Shown here piece after piece: positions 35,801 through 47,113 of a stretch of DNA of 64,000 nucleotides. Within the stretch, counting starts at the first letter, position 1. The number at the start of each line of letters is the position of its first letter. The notes under the pieces were generated by a model, which did not search any database, was not told the origin of the DNA, and worked only from the letters and a program-made list of their open reading frames with translations. This DNA is from Lophium mytilinum (lineage: Eukaryota): NCBI GenBank assembly GCA_010093605.1, contig MU004193.1:1309520-1373519 (forward strand), in the 5' to 3' direction. The translations under genes and the position numbers were made by a program.

Positions 35801-37249
35801 AATGCTAACCACTCGACTAAAAGGCTCTGCTGCCTTACATCTACCGGCGATGAGAAAGAATCCTTAGGGCTGTTCTACGACAGACACCATGTTAAGCTGA
35901 AATACTTATTCGATGAAGTAACGGCAACTGCGAACCTATGGACGACCGAGTTCCATTTGTCTTCTTATGAACTGCTCAAACCTTATCAAGACAAACAAAT
36001 GACTGATCTGGTGTTTCTAGGAGGCGATAGGGTAATTAGGAAGGCAGGTACAAGCTTCCGATTCGTTGGGGACTTTTTTGATCGCTACTGGACTTGCCAC
36101 GTTCTTGAATCCGAAGAGGACCGCAATCAAGGAATTGCAACGCGCCTCAAAGAGCTTATCGAGCCGAAGAGGCTATTACCTAAGGTCGAGCGGCGCAAAG
36201 AGCCGTGGAGACAGCGGAAGGTGTTAGAACTTCTTCTGTTTGACCGAATGCTCAAGAAGATAACGGGGCGTTACGAAGACATGATTGCGGAGACGAGTAG
36301 GCGACTCAGTGATTTATTTCCGCATACGACCACTGGTAAAGACGACCCCAAGAATATCATATTAGTCTCAAATGGATTATTCTCCGCGCCGATGAATAAC
36401 GATGCCTACCTGACTTTTAGTAAGGAATGGCCTCCCTTTCAATATACTTTACAAGTCATGGAAGAAGACTTGAAGGACACCCTAGAGAAGATCGACTTAT
36501 GGAGGGACCGTGAAGTAGCTCGACAGCCTGAGAGACCGCGCTGGACAAAGAACGACGAGAGTAGATATCGGGCAACGATAACTAAGCTCACGACTTCGAA
36601 TAACAATGAGATCCGAGATTTAAATCACTACCGAGCCACCATCCAATCTCTGAGAACGTCCCTCACGAGCGGGCTGGAGTCAACACGAAACGAACTGAGC
36701 TTCCGAAGCGCAGAGAACGTGCGTTTCTTCACCTACATCACGGTCATCTTTCTTCCACTTGGATTTGCTACAGCAATTTTCAGTATGGGCGACTCTTCTC
36801 CTAAACGCAAGACCTTGAAGGCCATGGTTGTCACGGCTATCATCACTTTACTTCTCACTATTGTTGTGCTGGTCAGCGTGCACACCTTGGAAAAAGCGCT
36901 CTTTCAACCTGTTGTCAAGATTTCTCGCCGATTGTCAAGGAGGCGCGTAGCACGGCCGGACAAATCAACGCCCTACAATGGGAGCTCGTCGTTCGACTCG
37001 TTACCAGAGTTCTCGGAACGCTCATTTACACAGGATGAACGTGGGTTCCCTTGTAGAAGATCCAGTGGAACAGAGGACGTAGCATCTGAAAGTCAAGATC
37101 AACCGGATACACCTTCTGGTGGCGAGCATACTGCAGGCAGGATACCCGGGAGCTGGGGACTTTGGGTTGGAGATTCGCGAAGAAGGAGGGAAACAAGAGA
37201 AGCGAGGATGCCGGACGATCCCAGGCTTGAAGAAGGAAAGCCAAATTGA
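32842..37249 (+). CDS. Large (~1,430 aa) protein with C-terminal CorA-like coiled coil plus 2 TM helices and a large N-terminal globular region (3 exons)
   Basis: Introns at ~32990-33044 and ~34163-34209 join the 376 aa and 1004 aa ORFs. The C-terminus reads SAENVRFFTYITVIFLPLGFATAIFSMG plus a second TM helix; GDFFDRYWTC and WRQRKVLELLLFDRML are also present. Confidence 0.8.
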
Positions 37250-37654
37250 TGGAGGTATCAGCCCAGCGCTAAGCTGAGACCTAAGCAGATACTTATCACA
37301 TGACGCTAAATAAGTATAGTTCAATTAGGACTAGCGTGCTCGGCCTTATATCATCCTCGCTCGTCTATGATAAGTCCTCTTGGTCACGATGCTATAAGCA
37401 GGAATGAATACCTCTAGCCTGAACAGCTCAGTTACCGGGACGGGAAAGGAACTGCTTGGGTGCACATTATGATATCGAACTTCCTGCTGCCTGATATAAC
37501 CTTGACGCGATCGGGTGTCTCGGGAAGCAAAGGCCAAGGCAACAGCCAGTTCAAATAATCTAGCATCCATTCACATTCAAGGGCATGCTACGACACTAAC
37601 CATTATTCACCATCCACAAAGAACAGAGTTACGAGACCTTAGCGTCCGAGGAAA

Positions 37655-38715
37655 ATGGAACCCCTAGTGCCGCAGACGGACACCTCCTTCCTGAGCGGCC
37701 TCGCAAGGTCCGTTCAAGCTCTGAAATCACTCTCGGCTTTGAATGCCAAACGTCTTTTCAGGAAAGCATTCACAAATTCAATAAGCGTGGCTGAAACCAC
37801 CCAGTTTCCACAACTCTCCCCATTTCTCCGACGTAACCATCCGCCTCCTCGACGCCTTCTCTGAGCCCGTTTACTCACTCCACGCACACAAGCTGGTCCT
37901 GAGTGCACACTCGCAAATTTTTGCAAACATCTTCAACGAGGAGCTTCAGGTATGCCTTCCTGCTCCAACGTCTTCACGTACTTTCTCACGCCTCATAGCA
38001 ACGATGGGCCCCAGTAATCGACATCCACGACGACGACCCCACCGCTTTCCTGGCTATGTTAGAGTACATGTATAGCGGCAGCTACAGTATCCCCGCGTCT
38101 ACATCTAGCTCACGCAGCTCTTCCCCAACCGGATCCGCGGAAGTAGACATCTCAGCGACCGATCTGATCTTCCACACCCGCCTCCACGCCCTCGCAACCA
38201 CCTACGCCATTCCTACCCTCCAGAACCTGTGCGCTAGGAACTTCGCTCTTGCATCAACCCCACCAAAGTCACCATTTCCTACCCCAACATGGTTCACAGC
38301 CGTGGAGCTCCACTATACGCTCCTCTGCCCTTCTTCCTCTCTTTCATCATTGATGATCGACACACTGGACCCTTTGAGCCTCGCCATCGCGCGCCAGATC
38401 TACTCAAATCGCACCGTTCTTCTTCGCGCAAGCTTAGAGGCTAGGGCAATGCTGAGGGAGCTGTTGGTGCGGTTTCCGCAGCTAGGAGCAGACGTGACGG
38501 GTGAGGCGAGGAGGGCGTGGAAAGAGAGCCCAAGGGGAGGGACGTTGATCGCATGCAAAGGGTGTAGGAGGTGGGTGGTGGCGTGTGTGGCAGAGGCGAT
38601 GATTTGTTGGAGGTGTGGGGAGGGTGTCGTCGGTGGTATCCCAAATGAGGCGAGGGACGGAGACAAGAAGGTAAGTAGATTTGGTAAGAAGGGAGGGTTT
38701 GTGTTGGGGAGGTAG
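37655..38715 (+). CDS. BTB/POZ domain protein (3 exons) with C-terminal CxxC pair
   Basis: Spliced sequence reads FSDVTIRL...HAHKLVLSAHSQIF...IDIHDDDPTAFLAMLEYMYSGSY, with CKGC...CWRC near the end. Confidence 0.85.
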
Positions 38716-38935
38716 AGGGGGCTTGAGAGGAAGAGGTGACACGGTGCGAGTGGTAATTTTTAATGTCTAATCGTAATGTCTAGTAGTAATGTTCAAGCAA
38801 CAACAACCTAACGGCCTTATCGTGATCTTGAAAATCGAATAGATATTCCGTTGATTCTTTATTACTGAACTAAGATGAATGCTGTAAAAACCCCGAGCAT
38901 ATCCTATTCAAATCCTAAACTCCTGCTCCGCTCGT

Positions 38936-41900
38936 TCAAGCTCTTATCCCATCCCTCGGCAAAACCGTCCACCTATCCAAAAGCACGTCCACAATATCCT
39001 CCTCTTCCTCCTGTTTATCTTCCGGTTCATCTCCAATTGTCATACTTCCGCGAGAGTACGCCGACAACGGACCAAGCAGCCCTTGTCCGACGTCCTTGAC
39101 CAAGTCACGCTCTTCCACCACCGTCTTCTCACTAGTTCCTCGATCCTGTTCGGCATCAACCTTCTGTCGTTTCAGACCCCCTTGGGGGAAAGAGCCCTCC
39201 TCTGGCTCCACCTCCGCCACCCTCTTTGTAGCTTTCCCCTCCTTCTTAGCCTTGTCCACACGAATTCCAGTAATTTCATCTCGCCTTACAGGCGCCAATT
39301 TCGCATGATCAAACCCAGTCGTCTTCCGTAACGAAGGGCTTTCCGCATGAGGATTGGAAGGCGCAACGTTCTCGCCAGAAGTGCCGCTGCTGCTCCTCAC
39401 GTCCTCGATTTGCTCGGCTGCACGTGCAATAACAAAGCCAGTACTCGATTCGCGCCTTGCCGTTGGCTCACTCGGGGTGAGGATTAGACGATCGTGTCTG
39501 GGTAGTCGAGCAACGGGGTTGGTGACGAGGTGCTGAGGTGCTATCTCCATCACGCCCGAGACGCCAGACGGCACTCTTTCGCTGGTATCTTTTTTCCTCC
39601 TTTGAGCGTCAAGGACCCGTTGGCGGAAACCCTTCATCCCCAGTGAGGAGACAGGTTTGGGATCCGACGGTATCTTGCTAGTCGGCTTGGCGTAGTGGAG
39701 CGGATCATCCTCCACGAGCTCGACATCCTGGGCGTTGATCCCATGGCCGTTCTGCTGCACCAGCGCGGACACGTTCTTGATGGAAGCCTCAGGCTGAGTG
39801 CGCTGCGCCTGTGGGTTCTGCATATGCGCCGGGTTCCTGTCCATTGGCATGCCTGGCTGTAGCCCCAAGGAGCCGAGCATCGGCCCGGCCTGATGTCTTT
39901 GCTGCGTCACCATGTTGCTCGCGGCCAGTTGCTGTTGTTGTAACTGCAGCCGCATCTGGTACTGGCGCTGGGCTTCCTGCCGTCGGCTCTGCAAGTTCTG
40001 TGAGAGCGCGACAGGCTGGACGGGAAACGAGCCACCGCCAAAGTTCTGGTTGTATCCCTGCGGCATCGGCGAGCCTTCGGTCTTGTTCTTCCGCGCCGCG
40101 TCTCGTAGTATTTCTTTGTAGTCAGAGGAGAGATGAGAATGAGAGCTGAGATGAGATCGAAGATGATCAGCCAGTGGAAAACGACGCGGACAGTAGGAAC
40201 ATTGAAATCTCTTCGTGAGGATATGTTGCTCCAAGTTGGGTGCCGCAATTAGATCGCGAGCTGGGACCGGAGGGCCTTCGGGATCTTCCATATCGAGGTC
40301 AAGGTCCTCTTCGAGGGTGTCGGCTGGTGGATCGATATGACACGAGGGAATCTTTTCCTTCACATCGTACGCCACTCGTTTCTTCACTCGGGGACTATGA
40401 CGTATTAGCAATGTGATGGGTAGGCTGAATCTTTTCAATGTTCCAACTTACTTTCTGACCTTATCTTTCATAGACTTCTTCTCTTTGCGATTTGTCGAAT
40501 CCGATATATCGTTTTGTCGCCAGATACTAGACGGCGAAGAACGACGGGGTGAATCTGCGGGCCGCGCCGATGTTGAAATATCAGACGTGGAGCGGCCGCG
40601 ACTTCGCTTACGGTTACGATCTAGAGTAAAGCAAGTCAGTTTCAAAAGACGAGCAGAGGTAGGTGTGGTATACTCACCTCGATCAGGCGGCCTGAGGGCG
40701 TCTATTCTTCTATCCAGCTCGTCGCTTGATTGACGAGATGGGGGTGCGAATTCGGTATTGACTTCCTGGGGGACTATCTCCTCCATATCTTCCTCCTCGT
40801 CGGCCTCCGAGCCAGAATCCGAAATGAGAGCTTGTTCGCCGACCAGCCGAGCTATTTCTGGCCGGTTCGGGTCCATGAAACTCATCAGAACGGTGTCTCC
40901 CTGGCTCGGACGAGTGTTGCGCCGATTAGGTTTCTTTCGCTTCACATGAACATGAGGCGAAAGGGGTCTATATGGAGCATGGCCAGCAGACAACTTAGGT
41001 ATACGCTCTTCTGTCCTAGCGTCAACTCGAAGTTCCTCTTTCTCTTCCGAAGGCCGATACTCAGGGCTAGCTAGACTGAAGGCATCTTTCTGTGTGCTCG
41101 GCTTACGAGGGGATACATAACCCGATCCTTTTCTTTGATCTGCAAGGGTGGCATCGCCGTCCATGGTCTGACTTTTGGTGATCTTTGCCCCGCGGCGACG
41201 CTTCTTCGGTACGGGCGACTCGTCGCCATCAGTGTCGATAGCGGCAAGCCACTGTTCCTCTGTAAGCGAGTCATCTTGTCTAGCCTGGGTTGTCTCGCGA
41301 GCGCCATAACTATGGTTCTCTTCGTCTCGAAGTCCTGCCTCGGGGTTGTTGCGATTTTCTTCTGCACCACTGAAATTAAACGGGCTCTTAGCTTTCAGTG
41401 TATCTTCAACGTGGAGAAAGGAGTCAAAATCGAAACTCTCGAGGACATCCGGCCCATAAAATGATGGATAGCCAGGATCGGTGAACTGATCATGGTTAGA
41501 ATTGTCCGCTCTTTTCTCGGCATGATATCTCACCTCTTCGCCAATATTTCCGAATGGGGCACTGGAACCATGCATGGGAGGTCCTGGCACTGGCGGTGGA
41601 GGTGGTGCGGCAGCAAGTGTTTGTCCCGTACTTTAGGACGTCAATAGCTGCCACGGAATCTTGCTAGAGTAGGATTTTGCATAAACTTACTGGTCTCGAC
41701 TGTCTTCGGAATTCATGACAACGTCCGTATAAGTGGATGTCGGAGGAGCTTTGAGTAGTGACGATGATTGAGCCTGATCTCTATCCGTATTAGGTGTCGA
41801 TTCTGGACCTAGTAGTAGATTCGTTTCCTCATTTCCGTCACTGATGACATCCCCTTCTTGTTTCTTGGCATCAACATCTTCGATTTCCTCAGGCCACAGA

Positions 41901-44900
41901 TCACCTTGAGTTTCGTCGTCATCCGCATCATCGGAGGTCTCGTCTTCGGATGTCATAGTCTGCATACGCTCGAAATTGCCAATAGTAGAGTTACGAAACA
42001 GGTTCGTGGGTTCTTCTCGATCCACGTCGAGGTCTTTTGATGTCGGGGCGTCGATTTTAATTCGTGAGTAATGGAACTGATAACGGGGTTCTGCTGTCTG
42101 GAAGGGGGGTAACATATGGTTCTGGCTCTGGCCTTCCGTGGTCCCATCCTGGCTCTTGAGAGGTGTCTCGACTGTTTCTAAAGCATGCTGGTCAGCTTCT
42201 GCAGGTTCGTATCAAATAGTGACACCTGGCAGCACATACGCAAACGATTCTCCAAGCTCTTAACAAATCCTCTATTGGGTCTGCTCTTCCACCGCACCTC
42301 ATCGTAGCCACATCCACGACCCCGCTTGGTGCACCTGCTGCATATGGGCCTCGCGCCATCGCAGCTTGACTTCCTCTTCCGGCATGTCATGCACGCAACA
42401 CGCTTGTATGCATTAAGTCGGTTACCCTTCAGTTCATCAACTTCCTTTAACGACTCTTTGGTACCTGCCTCGCCATTGCTGCCACGAATCGCTGAGTTAT
42501 TCGAGTCCTGGGATTGCCTGGCTCCAATTAGCGAGCTGGAGAGCTCCGCGAGCTTGTAGGTTGATCCTTCTTTCTCTGCAACGGTGGCATTCTGGTCTTG
42601 TTGCTCAAGAACACGGGATTGAATTTGATGGCCTTGCTCACGGTCCTCGGATTGGACCCTCCCGTCTGATTCTTGCCTGCTTATCGTGTAGCGTCTTAAA
42701 CCTTCTTGCTCGAGAGCCTGCAGCTTTTGTGCATATTCCATTGGCGTCCGATTCTGAAACTCGACCTCTGTATCCGGCTTTAGTAATAGTTGGCTAGGCT
42801 CCTCCCCGTGATGCGAAGCTGGACCGGTAGAAGTGTATCCGGTAGAGGAAGAATATTTTGGAGGACCACTCCATGGGTTGTTGAAATCGATACCATTGTA
42901 GCTGGTCATGCCATCGTGGACACTGGCGGGAAGAGCAGCCGACTGCTGCCAAGTAGACGCGCCGTAGGCTTGCTGCTGCTTGGTAGCATAAAAAGCTGTT
43001 TCTGATGCGCAGATGTCTCCACCCCGCCGATCTACGCGGTCTCGATCCTCCAGTGCCAATCTGAGGCGTTTTTTTTGCGACTCGAGGAGCATGAGTTGCG
43101 TTTCGTAGTCTTGTAGTGCTTGGCTTTTCGGGGCTCCAGTCTCAGGCGCATTGACTCCTGCGACTGACGCAAGGGTGGCAGAGCTTTGCCATGGACTCTG
43201 AAATACAGTTTGGGCGAGTTCAAAGCGAGAATTTGACTTCTGAGAACTCTGCAGAGGTTCCTTCTTGTTTGGGATAGCCTGCTTCCACCTTGGCACATTT
43301 GACTCAGCCTCCTGCACAGGAGAGATGCCTCCAGGTGCAGTTCCTCTTTTAGCTGCCGCGATCTCTCTCTTCGTAGGGTGCTTGAGGACCATGAGTGACA
43401 TCTGATAGTCACGGAGCGCCTGGTAATCTATAGGTCCGGGTGTATATTGAGCTGCCTGGTGGTTTATAGGTCCAGGTCTGTATTGAGCCGCCCTTGCTTC
43501 CTCTTGCTGTTGAGATTCCTTCTGGCGCTTTTTCCATTGTTGCTCGAGTAGCATGGGTTGATATGAGTCGGCTTGTTGTAAGTGATTTTGAAGCATCGGG
43601 TTCCCTGGTGATGGTAGCATTGGTGAGGTCTGTTCATACGACGGGTATGTTCGCGTTTGCTGGGTCGGAAATGGCATCGACTGATCTGGAAGCTGTACCT
43701 GGACAGCGCCAGGCAAGCTAGATTCGTTGTGATTACTCGACTGAGGGACTTCTTGCACATCTTCTATTCGTATCATCTTTAATCGCTTCTTATTCTCTTG
43801 GGGCCCACCGCAAATTAGTCTTAGCTGATACTCGTGTAACGCATGATCTTTAGCTTGAGTGTCTAGTTGGCCATGGGTGTTGCCACTCTCGTTCTCGTGG
43901 GCGTCGGCCGGCTCATGGTCTAGTGTCGCGCTTGAATTCGACATGCTCATGCGACGATCGAAGACTCGTGGTTCAGCAAAACGTGGATTAGCAAAATGTA
44001 TATCTGAGGTCCGTGGATCAGGTATTCGAACGTCAGAGGCTCGAGAGTCTGGTAGCTGGGCGCCAGGTTCCTGTGAAGACGAGCATCTTCGTTGATATGG
44101 GTCGCCACTAGACCGAATTCCAAAACCCCTGGTCGCAGTATCTAGCTCCTCATCTCTCCCCTCAGGTGGAGATTCCAGCTTATGACGTTCCAATCTCCGT
44201 TTGAGAATGCGATGGAACTGCTTAGGATTGATGAACAAGGGCGGGTCTTCTACTGGTCCATTGTTGATGCCTGTGCGCGCAGGTCTTTTGCTTTCCGATG
44301 GATCGAGACCATGAGGGTTGGAAAAGGTCACGGGAAATTCGTCGTCGCCCGATGCACCCGCCAAGAATGTATCAAAGTCGAAATTTGCGAGAACATCGTA
44401 ATCATCCGCGTTGCCAAGATCAAGGCTGGGTGCGTTGCTGGATACATTATCACTTACCTTCGAAAGAGACGCATCCATTGGCGTCAACGGTGTCGAAGGC
44501 ACAGGAGTCGGCTGGGACGCGATACGCTGAATTGCCATTTGTTGTTGCATTTGCTGGTAGGCCTGGTTGGCAGTGTATTGACTGGCATGTTGCTCAGCCT
44601 GAGCCTGGGCCTGCGCCTGCGCGTATCTCTGAGTCTGAGCCTGAATCTGAGCTGAAAATTGAGCCTGAGCTGGTTTTTGCCGCGGTCGCATCTGCATTTG
44701 TGATAACATGTGTCGTTGCTGCTGAGCCTGCGCCTGAGCCTGCGCCAGCACGTTCCTCTGTGTCTGAGCTGAAGTCTGAGATGAAGCCTGAGCCTGAGCA
44801 TACTTTTGCTGCGGTTGCATCTGCATTTGTGATGGCATGTGTGGTGGCAAGCAGCTTGCAGTCGGAGTTGGGGGCTCCGCTGTGAAACTGCTCAATAATC

Positions 44901-46397
44901 CACCTCCTCCGCTCCGCCGTCGGCCTTCCTCAGCTTCCTCTTGCGCCTCTGCCATCTTTAGTGCAGCCAGACCTGCACCTGCTTCGATATCGCTTTCGGC
45001 ATTGGTATTGTAGATATCAGGAGAAGTGTATGGCGAGATCGCCGGGGGCTTGATGGGACTGTTGTGTATATCTGGAATGAGAGTATGCGTTTTTGGGTCC
45101 ATATGCCGGGGAGATCGTGCCACGTCGTCTCCCCTTCGATAGCCCGGCCGAACTAGAGATTCCTCAGCAGGTTTCTGTTGTTGTGATAGATGCAATGCTT
45201 CTTTCTGCTGGGCAGCCGGAAGAAGGAGCCCTTGTCTCGGATTTAGCGCTTCTTCTGAACCTAAATCAACTTCAGAACGCGGAGGCACAGCGTCCATGGC
45301 GATTAGCGAGTCGATCGATGGTAGTGTTTGCTGCTGCACAAGCGACTGAGCACTGCGATAGGTTTTAGGTGAAAGGCCTTCCTCCGCCTTAGCCATAGCA
45401 GGATGACGAAGTATATCTCTCTCAATCTTCACGCAGAATCGATGATAGGCTTTATGCACGCGACGTTTCGAACGGCGAGCGGGTGTGGCCCCCTCAACAA
45501 GGCTTTGGAAAGACTGGATCCTCCTCAAAAGCTTTTGGACATGCTTGGTGCATTTTAGAAGGTCCTCGGGGGTGATTGGTTCGTCATCGCTGCCTGAATC
45601 GGACCCCCCAATGGTATCATCGGAATCGTCGGACAAAGGATCAGGGGTATTCCCCTTTAAAGCAGTAATCTTTCTTATGGAGACAGATGCTGCCAAAGGC
45701 GGATGCGCTATAAGGTTGATGGTAGAAGTTCTTGAAGGATTTGTCGAGCCGCGAAGGGTTTCGGAGTCGTCCAGAGAGATATTGTCAAGCTTTTTCTCTA
45801 GCAAGCTGAGGTTCTCCAATGATTCTTGATGACGTTTGTGAAGAGCACGGATGTTCTCTCGCTCCTCACGAAGCAGGGAGGCTTCCTTTCTGAACAGAGT
45901 TAGAATACATCTAGGCAGACACCGTGGAGTACAAACCCTCTGGCCCTATCTCCAGCAAATGAAAGCACTTTGAGAAGAAGCAACAGACTTGTCTTCAGAC
46001 TGTCTAATCGTCTCCTCATCAACTCGACTCTTTGCTCTTTGAGCGGCCATGCCAGCCGGCCGAGAGTCGTGATTGATTTCTTTCCATCTTTTCCAATCTT
46101 GGTTCGTTTTTCAACGACCTGGCGAATATCACCGAAGACAGTCTCACATCGTTTCAGGATGTTTTCTGCATCGTTCAGAGCTGCTTTCGAAGCTAAGCAC
46201 CTCGTGTCTTCCTCTTTCAGAACGTTTCCGACGCTGTCCAGCACATTGGCAGTGAGAGCAACATCACCGGCGATATCGGTGATATCCTGATCCGCGCGTG
46301 AGGATGATTCTGCGAATGTGTATAGCGTGGTAGAGAGTTTCACGCCAGCGCCTGCGATGCCAATAATTGACGCCGTAAGCCCTATCAGTTCTGCCAT
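38936..46397 (-). CDS. ~2,400 aa mosaic protein: HeLo-like N-terminal domain, Q-rich region, Zn2Cys6, C2H2 and regulator-like fragments (6 exons)
   Basis: Five canonical introns (~45935-45890, ~42239-42178, ~41690-41631, ~40678-40622, ~40450-40394) join the 165, 1213, 142, 380 and 500 aa ORFs in frame. The N-terminus is MAELIGLTASIIGIAGAGVKLS...LAWPLKEQRV..LDSLKTSLLLLL. Also CMTCRKRKSSCDGARPICSRCTKRGRGC and CSYCPRRFPLADHLRSHLSSH. Confidence 0.8.
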
Positions 46398-47113
46398 GAT
46401 TATCAGGCTGCAACCGTGCAGATGGCGCCGTCAAAGGGATGATGGCGAGGGCTAGAAGCTCCTATCCCAGCATTGTAAGGGAAGAGACACGAAAAGACAT
46501 ATTCAAATCACACTGAATGGAAACAAACTGAGAAATGGCGGTGCTCAAGGAAATTGAGAGGCGGGGAAGAGAGCTGAGGACGTTGGAAACCGGGGGCTGT
46601 GCACTTTGGACTGGATGCCTGGCGCTTCCTTGCAGTGCAACCACCGAAAGATCAAACCGTATGTAGGTCCTCGTGAAAGTGTAATAACAGCATTCTGATA
46701 GCTAGTCTATTTCTCTGGGGCTACTCGCAAACAGAGTTGCGATATACGTGGATTGAGTCGTGAGGTTGCTAGGCCTTGGCAAAAGCGGGATGCCTAGGTG
46801 AGACGGAAGGAGGTGGCAAGCACAACGACCACCGAGACTTGAGACGTCCGCCATCATGACAACGCTGTTATGGCTCCACTCCAACCTCAATACAGCTTGA
46901 TATTGCATCCAACAATCGACTGCATCACATTGAGCTACCGCAGTCGCTCCAGACGTCCTGCCATTTGCTCCTTCGCGGCCTCTGAGCCCCATCCCACTGA
47001 CTCACCAGCGACTCATCCCTCTATCACTCTAGAGCTCACCTGATTGCGCGCATCAAGCTTAGGCCTTGTTGCCACCATATAAGACCAACAGGGCCCTTCT
47101 TTCAACAGCAAGC

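Noticed and set aside
26961..37249. Calling the CorA-like genes true Mg2+ transporters (ALR1/MNR2/MRS2)
   Set aside because: Both lack the GMN motif and the Alr1-type soluble domain motifs.
38936..46397. Reading the mosaic gene as a canonical NLR, or as a transposon or Starship captain
   Set aside because: No P-loop NTPase, superstructure repeats, transposase, reverse transcriptase or tyrosine recombinase motifs seen.
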